A stretch of 64,000 nucleotides of DNA from Phoronis australis. Its lineage: Eukaryota > Animalia > Phoronida. Both the position numbers and the translations under genes were made by a program. The DNA lies in NCBI GenBank assembly GCA_002633005.1, contig NMRA01000019.1:444710-508709 (forward strand), in the 5' to 3' direction. Below, piece after piece: positions 26,549 through 39,560 of this stretch. The first letter of the stretch is position 1, and each line of letters begins with the position of its first letter. The notes beneath the pieces were generated by a model. The model saw only the letters and a list, made by a program, of their open reading frames with translations. It was not told the DNA's origin and searched no databases.

Positions 26549-29500
26549 GAGCAATCAGCAATAACTTCAATAAACTTAAAGGTATTTGAAGCCTGGTAGA
26601 TAAGAATAATTAGCCTGGATACCTGTGTGTGGTGCTAGACAAGACAGCTGGGAAGGCTTAACCAATAAACCAGACCAACCAATCTCTGTCTCAAGTCGAA
26701 ACTAAATGGGAGAATGTTTGCAATGTTGCACTAAGGGGGTCAAACTAATTTTCCTGGTAAGGCATAGTTCATTATGTCAAATACTTTGAAGAATTTAATA
26801 AAAGGTTTTGTCTCGATCTGTTCACATAGTTTGGTAACTCGGGTTGTGTAAAGGCAAACATGACCCACGGAATATGATGAATTTTGAGGAAGCCTGAATA
26901 CACCTGATAAATAAAAAGGACTTAATGATACACAAAAACAGTGTACAACTACTGTAAAACTTATTTAGTTCTGAATTTACACTCGATTGTAGAGACCTTT
27001 AACAACAATTGTGGAAAATAAAGATATTACCACTGAATAATGTATTGACAGCCTGACATACATGTACACAACAGTTAAACAGTAAGACTCTCCAGTCTTG
27101 TTGATGGTGGACAAGTCATAAGTCTTATTTTCTATTTTTTCACAAAAATAAGTAACACCAAATTAACCCTTTGTCGTTTTCAAGTTGGAAATTCAGCATC
27201 CCATTAGAAGCCCTTGAAAATATGACACGGGACGAACTTTTATAAGAAAGTATTTTGAAAACTCAAGATTACAAGCCGACTCACAAAGCTGACTCATTGA
27301 TTCTTAATATATTCGAAACTAAAAATTTCGAAAAAGTGTTACGAACCCAAACTAAGACTGTTTTGCTTGGTGATCAAGGACTATTGTTGCTTTGTTGCAG
27401 GCACTCACGGTAGAATAAAATTAAATGTTTTTTGTCTAACTGATTGTCTAAAATTATCAGTATTTCCAAAACGTAAATTTAAAATATTTTCTTTTGGCAC
27501 ACTTTCTCCAAAAAGAAGTACTTCCCCCCATTTATACGATTGCCACTGACAATAAAAACATTTAAAAACATCTGACTCTTACCAATTTCCGACTTGAGCA
27601 TGAAGCAGCAATAATTCGGTGCTTCCTAGCTTTTCATGGAAAAACAAGGAACTAATATTTCATGATTTCAAGTCATTAAGATCACTCACTCAGATAACTG
27701 TGGGTGCATAATATAGATTTTGGGACATTAGAGCATCTGAAATACTTGTTATTTCTCTTTGCCTTGTAGTTGTTGTTCAAGAAATTCCATTTTCAATGAG
27801 GGATTTATTATTGATAACAGATCGCAGTGTCCAAAATGGTCTGAAAACAATGTCATCACAATCATGCAGCAATTATTACTGAAAGCTACCAGTATATCCA
27901 TTCCATAATACCAACACAAAAGTCGAGGTGTTGTGGAAAGTGAGTATTTGTAACCCAAACTGATGAGAAACAATTTCATAGTCGCCAGTTGGGAAATGAG
28001 ATGTAGAACCTAATGTCACTTAAGTTTGGCAAAATTGGTGAGATTTTTCTAAGTATGATTTGAATACTTTTGAAACTGGGAATGTCAGCTGCACATGCAA
28101 TAAACAACATGCATAACTATTCGACATGATTTCTTAATTTCGGTAATGTAAACACACAGCCCTTGAGATTGTGACTTCTGCAGGCAATTCACACAAGAGT
28201 GAGGCTAGTTTTGAAAATAAACTGATCAATGCTGAACTTTGACAAAATTTTGACGTATGAAGGTGTGGCTGAAAGTCACCTGTATTACTACAGCCTGACT
28301 TACTTCAACCTAAACTTTGTCAAAATCTACAGCAGTTTTGCACCTAGTCTGTTGACGGACCACCGAATTCTGACAACATTATACATAATCTGTTGGCCGA
28401 ACAGCAACTGCCATTCTGCTTCATAGGAAATTTATTTCGTGCCATGCAGCACTACAACGGCTTTTAAAATTAGGTCAATGATTCACATCATAGCCCAAAG
28501 GAGTTGCTAACTTACTTGCCAAAACAGACCTCATTCATGGAAATGTACAATGTACAGTGCGTTTTACTGCTGTATGTAGCATGATACCTCTCAGTCAATG
28601 TCTCCTGGGCCTTATTATGAGCAATTTCCTATCTCCACTCACTGTGAAAAATTGCCACAATTGACCTATCGCCAGGATTTTGAGTGACGGTTTAACTGAC
28701 CAATCAGAATGCAGCATTCTAGACACACCTTTGTTTTCAAGCCGCCATTTTACCCGACAAACAACACATTGCCGGGTGAAACTTATGGTTTGTTTGTCGA
28801 CATTATGCAAGGGGGTGGAACTTGCGATAGGTCAATTTTTATTATACAGAGTGGTCAAATGGTCAACATTCAAAATAGAACAGCGCGGATTCGTTTCAGA
28901 TACAGAACAGACTCAGAAATAATCATGCAAAGCGGTCAAATTACTAGTCTCAAAACACAAACCAACATGAGTTACAAATTAACAACTCTGAACGTTGTTG
29001 AATTAATTGATCATTTATTAGCACACAGCTCAGTCCTGGACAGACTCCTTGTTATTGGTTGATTTAAGCCTTAAACTTTGAACCCTAAATGCAAAGTATC
29101 AAAATCAGTTGGTATGTGACTTATACTGGCCATTTGCAATGCTGGTTGGTGGCATTTAGACTGCCAATTGTTACTGAGGCAACTGAAACACGCAATGTGA
29201 GAATTCTGCGAAAACCTTACTGAGTGTGTAGTAGCATTTAGTTCAGTGATTATGTAATGCAATATGGTTAGTGACAAACTCAGGTTGTTTAAAATGAGTG
29301 CAGTAGCAGCAAGGGGAAACATCATCAATTTGAATTAGATATCTGACGATGTACAGTAGCATCACATTAAACTCTGACCAAAGGAGTTTAAAAGGAAAGG
29401 CACAAAAACAGCATTTTGTCTCTGGCAAATGCTTGACAACAGTCCCTGCTGCATCAAAACATTCCAACTTGCTCCTAAATAGCGCAGGAATGAAATACAT

Positions 29501-30017
29501 CAAACAATAACAGAGTTTGTCAGAGATCTAACATAATCATCTTCAAAACTACTGCATGCAAAAGTCGTCAAAACAATGACTGACTAATCACCTGCACTAG
29601 TGAGCATATTATTCTGCATTGGAAACAGAGGTCAAGGCCTTTCAAAGTAATCACAAACTGAGTTGAAGGTAGGCATTTATCTAATAACAATTCAGGTTTC
29701 AAGCAAGATGCACATAAAAAAACCAGAATTTCATTTGGTTAGGAAAGTAGCACACAGGAGCATTAATACATATTCAGAAAACATTTACGCCTTCCAATTA
29801 ACAAGGGACATCTGACACAATCTGCGCTATATATCATTAAGTTCGCCGTAACTGCCATTTTAAAAACAACAGAATGTGAACAAAATGACTGAATGGGCCA
29901 TCAAATCCTAACATTTTGGAGTTGAAATTATATGCCATTTGATTTGACCAGTAACGTTAACATCACAGACAGTCGGTTAAACTTGAGGAGTTAAAATAAT
30001 TATTTGACTTGGTCAGT

Positions 30018-30091
30018 GCATTTTCATCAAGCAAAGAATATGGCTTCCTCTAGTGTGAGTAGAGCATTTTCATCAAGCAAAGAATACGGCT
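30018..30091. repeat. 28-bp direct duplication next to the exon 5 donor
   Basis: GCATTTTCATCAAGCAAAGAATAYGGCT at 30018 and 30064. Confidence 0.9.
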
Positions 30092-30119
30092 CTCTCTACT
30101 GTGAATCAACAATACTAAC

Positions 30120-30249
30120 TGGTGTGCTGAAGAATAAGCGTCCTGAGTTTTTTGCAGCGTTGTATGAGGGCCTTGAAAGAAGCACCCTTGACGCGAAGAC
30201 AGAACGCCAAGGAGAGACACTCGATATGAATACAGTTACTTGATAAAAC
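30120..30249 (-). CDS. FipoQ: FipoQ-like exon 5 (LRR); correct frame not in ORF track
   Basis: TTTCTAG|GTT acceptor, A|GTTAG donor, phase 0-1. Encodes VLSSNCIHIECLSLAFCLRVKGASFKALIQRCKKLRTLILQHT. Confidence 0.92.
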
Positions 30250-33150
30250 CTAGAAAGTAAGAGCAGAAAAGATGTCAAGAGATGAAAAGGAGACATTGCG
30301 AGAGGTTGAAAAACCATAGGTAGAACGACATTATCAGCATTAAACATTAGATAAACGTGGTCTCTAGTGATTTTCCACTAAAAATCTATTATTCATGAAG
30401 TACACCAGAAACCAGAACAAATCAAATTACCTTTTATTGGTAATAATCTTGTTACAATGTGAGTTGTCCAGAGCAGGACAGATTGAGGTATACGTAGTAC
30501 TTCAGAGCATGATCAATGAACTACTTGACGAGCCAACACAGAGACGCTTGCTCGTAGTTAGGTGCAAGGATTTCTGTAATTTGTTCTTGCAAAAGTAATT
30601 TGTCTGCCAATATATAATGAGCATCTGCATTGATTTACACTTAGTAAGAAACCAGAAGTGAAGCAACATGATTGTTGATAGACAGGATGTGAAGAGTATT
30701 CAATAAATTATCTATGTTAGATTCATAACACTTGTTGCCAAGCAGGATCCAGTTGAAAAGTAATGACCTAGAATACACAACAATGAAACCACACTGCCCC
30801 ATGTCCCTTTCAAAACATTGAACAATGCTTTTGGCATCCTACAACAATCAAATTTATCTTGAGGATAAGTTTTGTGCAATTTCGCCCAGTTCACTCGGAC
30901 CTTAAGGAACCTAGCTCGGACTCACTATTGAACTCAGAAGAACGAGTGTCAGTCACAACATCACTCATGATCATAAAATTAGTGAGTTGACGATTCACAA
31001 CATTATTTTTTAGGGTTTACTAGAGCACGAAAGATTTTTGATGATCAATAGTGCATAACATGTTTACTTATTTTAATGATTATCAGAAGACTATTAGTAC
31101 ATTTTCCTATAATAATTGATTTAATATTGTGCAAAGTGGTTAAGATCACTTAAACCAGCCTTCCATCACAAGAACTAACATTCAATTTAGAACAGCACTA
31201 TGTGTTATGAAAATGGTCCCAAATTATTGTTCGCTAGTCAAAGCGTAGCTAATTTCAGAGCTACAGCTGACAGTTCGTTGTTCCTTGACACCAGGTTAAA
31301 CAACATGACAATATGTGTCACAATGTGCATCGATCATGGTCTCTTTGTAGAACCATCAAAGTAATGAAAAAGTTGAGATCAGTTTTATACACTGTGGTTC
31401 AAATCATAGGTTTGCTCCAGGAACCGCTTTAAAAATGTAATAATAATAATAATTACAATAACCACAAAATAATAACAAGAACAACACTAAGTTTTGAAAC
31501 GCACCTACATCTGCACTGCAAATGGTACGCCTCAGGGGAATGACTCGGAGGGAAAGAGAGAGGGGGTAGGGAGGGAGTGGGGGGAGGGTGGGGGAGAGAG
31601 AGACTCCAAAAATCGAAAATTGCGACAAGGTGGCATAGATATATACATAGAATCCAAAGACACAGAGTCAGACGTAAAACAATAAAATTGCCACTAGGGG
31701 GACATGGCAGTAAGTCAGATCCATCCGCAAGTCCTTGTTATCTTTTTCTGTCTCTTAGGAGCATATCTGCCAGATTTCAGGAAGACCCTATGAGTAGTTA
31801 AGGAGATACAGTTGTGGCAGATACCACATGCTCAGATAGAGGTGATTGCAATAAGTACCCACACATTTATATGTGGGTGCACAATAATAATAACAAAGGT
31901 TACATTCCATCTCAGTTCTTTCCTTCTCCCATAAGTCCCAAGCCAGTGAACAATTCCCAATTTTTGTTCACGTTCATGAACTCGTACAAATATTCACGGA
32001 AGCCTAAAGAATACAAAGTCACATTTGCAATGAGCTTAAAATCAAATGAATGCCAGATACACAACCACAGAAGGCACAAGTGCATTTTCGGAGTTACAAA
32101 ACCTCAATTAAGGTTGCAATAAATACTGCCCACAGTAATGGAAAATAAGTTTGCCCACGCGGTAAGAAATGATGAGCATAGGTAAGGACATAGCTCTTAA
32201 TTGCGTATTGAGACTTGATTACCCTAAATGTCCAACCACTAATGATTTAAAGAGCCACACAAGGAGTTTGAGGGCTCTGCTACATGAGGCAATAATTGTA
32301 CTAACATGCTTTCATCTTGGGTTGGTGAATCAATCCTGTTGAAGCTGTTTACGTAATAGACTCAGGGAAAAAAATCTGAAATTTGCATATTAACAGAATG
32401 ATGGGCTAGTTATTATGAAAATTGGTGGTACGGACTTCTCTTCAAATAACAACTGTAATGGAGAGTACTGAGTGCCCACGACTGCAGCACCAATGGTATG
32501 CTTCTAGGAGTGTTTATTAGTGCTTAGTAATTCTGCATGCCACCTATTGGCAACATCACTTGACCTAAAGGAACATAAGTCTGAAAAGATTTCTCCCCAC
32601 GACCAGAAACCGAACCCACAACATTCTGCTATCCGTGCAGACGCTCTAGCCACTTCAGGACCCCTGGTCAAACACAGAAATCCAAACAGACTTAGAACTG
32701 GGTATCCCACCCATAAAATTGTGAGTGTAAAATTGTAAAACTTAGACCAGCATAGAAATAGAGATCACAAACATTAGTCTGGTCTCCATGCCACCTGTTG
32801 GCCACATGACATAAAATCGTGAGTATAAATATAATTAGGTCACGTGATGTGCCCAATAGGTGGAGTGCAGACCAGACTTCAAAATGTTTGTGAGTAATGT
32901 GCAGTACATGAAAATGAAAAGGCCATAAGAGGGTGGAGTGCAAGTCAGATCTATCTGAAACAAAGCAAGAGCTGATCTGTCTCCTGGATGGAAACAGGTT
33001 CGCTAAAGTTTGTGCACAACAATCAATCAATTTGGCAGATATAAAGCCATATATGCTAACCTAAAGTGCCACTAGCACTCACATGCCACAGAGGTCGGAC
33101 ACATCCCAAAATCAACATACTAAATACTTTTCTCAACTGGAAGACATATA

Positions 33151-33284
33151 CATGGGCGGTGCACCATAGGGGGCTGGGGGGGCTATAGCCCCCACTTTTT
33201 TCAGTGGTACACCGTTTAGGCAGTGCACCACAGGGGGGCTGACGGGGCAATAACCCCCACTTTTTTAGTGCTGCGCCGCCCATG
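33151..33284. mobile_element. 134-bp MITE with 5-bp TSD
   Basis: TIRs CATGGGCGGYGCA; ATATA on both flanks; internal duplicated GTGCACCAYAGGGGGCTG...CCCCCACTTTTT. Confidence 0.8.
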
Positions 33285-34802
33285 ATATACCAAAGTTCAT
33301 GATATGATCCATAGAGGAACATAGTAAATATTGAGGTACTGTATAATGTAAAAAAATTGCCAATAGGGAATACCAGAGTAGTTGGACCTGTCTGAAAATC
33401 TACACAAGCCGTGAACACACCTGTGAAATTTGAAGCAGTTTGACGGGTAGTGAGGCGGATCCCAAAACACATGCACAGAAATGATACAAATGCCCACTGT
33501 GGTGCGCAGATTATCACTGCCTCTACACTAGAAACCAATTTGCCAAATGTCATAATAATGCATCAACGAACTCAGTAAATATAGAACCTAACAGGAACAG
33601 CCAATAGCCAAATCTGTCAGTAAATTTGATCATGTCGTCCCATCCACAATTAGAAACACGTGATTGTGCAAAATACAACAAACACCATCCAGTCCTTTGT
33701 GGAAGACACCCCGGTGATATAGGGATGCTGGTATTTAGAAATGCCGGTTGGCTACTGGACAGATGGATGGGGACCATAGCATGATAAGAACATCACTCTG
33801 GCTGGGCTGCATTGAATAATTGGTATTACTCTTCAGAAGCTCTGTTAAATAAATGGTCTGGATCACTAAATAATGGAGAAAGGTCTTATGTGAGTCTCAG
33901 CACAGCTCTCCTCATTGGGAGGCCACTGAAGCAGAGCAGGTTGTTATGAAGACAGTATAAAAGTGGCTTAGAACCTGAAACTGCATTAATCAAATTGAAT
34001 CAGAAGTCGAACTATTCACCAGGTATGTCTACGGTTTTCTCGTATTTAATGGCGTACACAGCATTCATATAGTGAGGGATGACCCTTTGCAAACTATTTC
34101 TCGTGACACATCCAAAAACAAAAACGAACAGTAATTGTACAAAATCAATTCAATCTTACTTTTGAAATTAAAACAATGATGTCACATTCTCATGAGAAAT
34201 CATTCATGGACTGCTTCTTCATAATTGTCACTGCTCAAAAATGATCATTAGCTCAACACACCTGCAAGTTGCTCCAAACTGTCCTGAGCAATTAGAAAAT
34301 TAGTATAGAATATGTGATTACGATACCCATTGAGACATGCAGAAAAACTACCATCACTCACTCTGGTGGAACACAGTATGCAAAAGGTTGATAATACAAA
34401 GTTACATAGATTAATTTGTCCTTTGAACTGAGGCCCATACAACAACTCACAGGTAGGATGACACTACAGGATACTACTAGTCATTGCATTGAATTCTTCT
34501 CAACAACTTCCGTAAGTTCAATGACTCCGAAAATTTAAAGATGGGTAACGAGATATTTTCAATTTTGAAAACAGAACTTTATGATCTACATCAACAGACC
34601 AGTTGAAACGCACAGTGGTACATGTGTCAACTTTACAAACATGGTTGGAAATCAGTTAGATAAAAGTGAAGGATTTAAAGAGCATGGTTCTGGTCTGCAA
34701 TGTGACTCATTCTGACACTTGCACTCACCAATTTGAAGAAAACATCCTTGTCTGTTTTGGTTTTGTTTTTGAAAAGCTGCATAAAAGTATGTATTAAGCA
34801 AA

Positions 34803-34935
34803 GGCAGGCATTGTGGCCTGGTTGATAAGTGCCCGCTTTCTTTACTCGAGGTCGTGGGTTCAAGTCCCACCAGGTCACACTGCTAAACCCTTGAGCCAGG
34901 TTTCTAGCTCCTAGATAGCACGGTTTTAAGAATAT
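34803..34935 (+). mobile_element. tRNA-derived SINE head
   Basis: Box A-like TGGCCTGGTTG and box B GGTTCAAGTCC (34857-34867) at tRNA spacing. No proper cloverleaf; followed by a non-tRNA body. Right end approximate. Confidence 0.7.
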
Positions 34936-35799
34936 ATCAATAAAGCATAAAAATATTTCCAGGTGATCAGTGCAATGGGCCCACATGCAAGGCCTGCGCA
35001 CGTCTGATACAACGTGTATCAGACCGCCTGCAATTATTTTTTTTAAAGGCAAGCAAGTTTGAAACGCCATGATTTGCCAACGATGAGTAAAAAACAAATC
35101 CCACATCATTTTCCTGCTCTCTGAGAGATGGATTCTTTTGAAAACTAAAAGGTGGGAAATTAAAAAAGAAATGCTGAATCACTGACTCAATTTTCAAACA
35201 GCGTTCACTTGACAATGCTTTTTGCCTAAAACCGCATTCCCTCAGTACTTAGCTGTCAAAAACGAATTAAGCCATTTATTAATCTTCTGAAATTGTAATA
35301 TTCCCTACTGTAATAGGACTCGGTATGCATACGATAATGAATAAGTGAGAACATCAAAAACTCGGCCATATGATAAAACTCTTCAGTTTATTGAGCAAGC
35401 CAACTCCTAAAAGTGTTAATTCGACAATGGTGTATGTACGCATTGCACATTTTTGTTTTCTTTTGTGTTAGTGTCAATGGACAGTAAGGAAGAAGGCCAA
35501 GAAACAAGAAGGGACACTTATCTGAGACGTGGGCACTAATTACGTGTAATGTACATGTAACCCACTAATATGTGATAATTGCGACCAACAAATGAATTTA
35601 TGATTCCATTAAAGTTTAAGCAGACGATGACCTCAAATATTCCCTTAGCTAGCTAATTTGACGCAGCATTTCTCCAAGTAGCAACTGTTTCCTTACAGTA
35701 CATTAGCGTTATTCCTGCTGCAATTGTTCTGTTCTTGGCCATGGCCAAGAATGCAGTCATGGTTTATTCTGTTCACCAACAGGAGGCAGAGTTTATTAC

Positions 35800-35936
35800 C
35801 TCAACATGCTGGTCTTCTAGGAAGCCGATGCCATAGAAGTTGACCACTCTCAGGTTGGGTGTGTTGGCTTTGATCTTCCCAATGTTGATAACCTCATAGG
35901 TCTCTTCTTCCTCCTCATTGGACAGTTCAAAAGTAC
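35800..35936 (-). CDS. FipoQ: FipoQ-like exon 4
   Basis: TCCTCAG|GT acceptor, GAG|GTAAT donor, phase 1-0. Encodes GTFELSNEEEEETYEVINIGKIKANTPNLRVVNFYGI, the characteristic FipoQ acidic motif. Confidence 0.93.
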
Positions 35937-38804
35937 CTGAGGATGAGCGTAAAACGAGAAAGCTGAAACCTTTGACATGGTTGTCACCATACATCAAAAT
36001 TGTTTAAAATACATTTTATTAATTGTTATTAGGTCTCATTCTGAATTGAAAAATAAGCCCAATTCGGACTGGGTACAGATTATTAACAATTCATATGTTG
36101 CTGGAATTAAAGAACAGCATACTCGTCATGGCTACCAATAATAAATAAACTCACTATATTTCATGATTTTATCGACTGTCAGAATTTAGAGTGACACTGT
36201 TCTTGGTTTATTTTGTTCTATTGTTCTGTTTGTGTTACTGATTTGCATGACCTCCAAGGTCAGTACAGTGATGATGTAATTTGTTTACTACAGAAGAGTG
36301 CGGAACTTTCTAAAAGAACTAGCATATGAATGATTATTGTAATCTGGAACATTCTAAAGCCTAGTATATGTTTGTAAAACGAGTGGTTAGAGTCCGCAAA
36401 GTTCAAGAATGTGCTTGAATTAGTGAAAAGTTCTGGAAAATGCATTAGTCTATAAATACACAAGCACAGGTTTGTATTAGTCAGTTAACCAGTTGAAGGA
36501 ATAAAGAGTTGAATATCAATTAGTTACTGGAGAGTTACAGTTGAATTACTGAAAGTGTCACAAAAGTTCATCACTTAAGTCAAGGCTTTGCAGCATTGGC
36601 TGGAGCGTAGAACAGACATTACATCCGACGTTTTGTCTGAATAGGCTTGTGAAAGTATGGTCGAGGTTAATAAAGTAATTAACTCGAACGTCAGTCTTCA
36701 GTCTATCATCACACCGAAAGCTATTAGCACCGGTAATGGTAACCACCTACACCCACCCACACACGGGAAAAATGTGACATCGACAAATTGAATTAGACTG
36801 TGAATTGGACAAGGCCCCCCCCAGTTGTCACCGAATCAGTTGTCATTAGCACGACTTGCTCCACTTCAGTCGCATTTGCACGGCATGACCCAGTTACACG
36901 AAGACCGTCTGCGTATTAGCAAACGTTCCAACCACGTGGAATGCCAGTGGATCACTCGAATATGCGCCATTGTGCATTGAAAGATGATCCCTTTCCTCCC
37001 ACCCCCAGTTGTGTTTAGACGACATTTAGTTTCAACTGATCTTAGTGCAACTTGCTCTACCAGTCTCAAACCGGTGTCAAAAATAGCCACGGCATTGTCA
37101 ATTTGCTCCATGTCAGTTGTGTTTACACACACACACACACATGTACCCAATCAGCTGTTCTAAGTTAGTTGCTCCAAAACAGCTACAGCACACATCACGA
37201 ATTTTTGTCCGACCGGTCGGAAATTGGTTGACGACCGGCCATCGTCCGGTCGGCTAAAAATTAGCCTTCAGTCGACCGGCCATCAGCCGGCCAGGTGGTC
37301 GGCTGCTATTTTTAGGCTAGAGTAGCATTTGCGTAATAGTTTGTCAGGCTGATACCACTTTGCGCGTCAATGCATATTCGTCTTAGCACAGGGTCAAATA
37401 AATTAACCCACTTTTACCATCTCCGTTACATTTGTTCACTTCAGTTGTGGAACACCACTAATTCGAAGGTTGAAGGCAAGCGGTAATAGTAAACATTGAA
37501 TTATGAACAATGCAACAAGTTTTGGATAAAAAACGTGAAAGTTTTCTTTACATTTGATCTATAATTTGACTTGTGATGTTTACGAGTTGCATTACACTGT
37601 CTGCTTCCCGATCAATACAACGCCGTAGTCATTTTGTAAACGCAACTATTTTTGACAGTCTTCACCCATTTTTGTTTGTATGATGCCAAACTGCATCTTT
37701 TTGCGTTTTTTAAGTTATTCACGGGTCTCCTATCACGCGTCCATGATGATGAGATAGTGAGTGAGTTGTTACACCGCGAAGAGCTCTCACTCCAAGGAAT
37801 TTATTTTCATAGTATTAAACCCTTGCAGTACAGACGCGAAATTCACGGCCCAGTATGCCCCAAACTCACGGTTTTCGATGGCTCTAACTTCGAAATCATG
37901 CTATAGTTACGATTTCCACTTACTTAGACGGTGATATCAAACACGGAATGACCAGAGACGTTGGCGTTTCCGTATGTCCACAAAAGAGCAGTGTGTACAA
38001 ATTTGTTCATTTCGCTTTTCTACACTGATGAATACGGTCAACACGGTGTTTTAAAAAAGACCACTTTTGAGGGCATTTTTAAAAATAAATGTTTGGTTGC
38101 ATTCAGTGAGTCGAGCCCACGGGCGTACATCAAATTTACGCGTGGGCAGAAAACGTATCTGCGAAAAGAAAAAGTTACGTTTTCAAAACTTTCAGAGCAT
38201 GAGCTCAAGGACTTAAGTCCTGAGAAAGAAAATAAAACCGAATACCAAACAGAAACTTGTCCAATGAATTTGTAGCTCTTGGAAAGCTGTTACCCGAAGA
38301 AATGTGCAAAATACGTACGGCATCTATGGAAGGTTGTACCAGAAGTGCTTCGATGCAGTGGAGCCGCCACGGGATATTAAAAACACTGAGCTGTGCACTA
38401 GTTAGCTGAATGGAAAGCTGAAGTGGAAAAATCCAGAACACACATTTTCTGTTCAGGAATTGAAATCTCTGTAGAATCAAAAACAATTGGCAACCAGGAC
38501 TTATTGCGTCAGAAAACTTATCACGCCAGGAGAGAATTGTTTTCATGCCCGGAGAGTACGTGATCACCCATTATGCAATGATGAAAATCCAGTATGTACC
38601 TACATGTATACATTGGCATCTATTGTAAAACGTGGATTAGACAAAAGAAATTCAACCGCATTTCCAAGATATGTCTGTCGTCTGCGAGAGGTTGAACACT
38701 TAACCCTTGTTTGTACGTGTATTACGGACATTATCACTTTGAAGGATCAATGCTTGGGGATGGTGATGTGGTGTCCTGGCGTGAAAAGTTACTGACATGC
38801 TAAG

Positions 38805-39060
38805 TTTTTGGACCTGACTTATTAAATTTTCAGTTCGGTTGTGTTTAATTTTGATCCTGAAGTGAAGAATTTTTGGTCCTCACGTGATAAATCATAGGTG
38901 GTCATGTGATAAATTTTAAGTCTTGACGTGGTGAATTTTGGTCTTGATTCGTTTTTTTTTGGTTTTCTGTGTAAAAACAATCTCAATGAATTGGACAGTT
39001 TTAATTCTTCCTTAAGTAAAAGTTTTGGTTTTGAGATATTTATTTTTGGTCCTGAAGAGT
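38805..39060. repeat. Degenerate ~21-22-bp minisatellite
   Basis: Repeated AATTTTGGTCCTGA-like units. Confidence 0.55.
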
Positions 39061-39380
39061 TAACACATTTTTCTTGGTTTTAATATTGCACAAAAAATAT
39101 ATGTCGTTAAATGTTTTCTCTTTGGCCTTCCATAAATGTGGAAGAGCAGGTTGTGTAGCATCATACTATGTAACTTCTTGTATAAATCTAGGTGTTTGTG
39201 ATTAAGTAATACACTGGAAAATGAGTAGTTGTGGCTTCTTTTGAAATATTGTATCCTTTGTATATGCCTGGGGTAGATGGCTCAGTGTGATATTATGTAA
39301 GCCTTATTATCTTCTATGGCTTAACAACTTACTATGTATCTTCATTCATGCCTGTAATAGAATGAGGTACTCCCAAGCAT

Positions 39381-39560
39381 GTGATAAATTTTATTCTAAT
39401 GAGGTATGCTTCCAATGCACAATTCAGTTAGTAATCATACTTTTGCAGTGGTTCATAACAAAGGGATTCCTTAAACCCAGTAAATATTTTTGCAACTGCC
39501 AATCTGCATATTAGGCACGCATATTGCATCATACCTCATCAGAGTAAAACTTGTTATCAA
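39381..39560. repeat. Small inverted repeat (possible nested MITE)
   Basis: TGATAAATTTTATTCTAATGAGGTATG pairs with CATACCTCATCAGAGTAAAACTTGTTATCA. Confidence 0.55.

Noticed and set aside
34803-34875. tRNA gene
   Set aside because: A and B boxes are present, but acceptor and anticodon stems do not form; SINE head is more likely.
38325-39134. TATGGAAGG...CCTTCCATA as IS3EU-like TIRs
   Set aside because: Only 9 bp match and there is no TSD.
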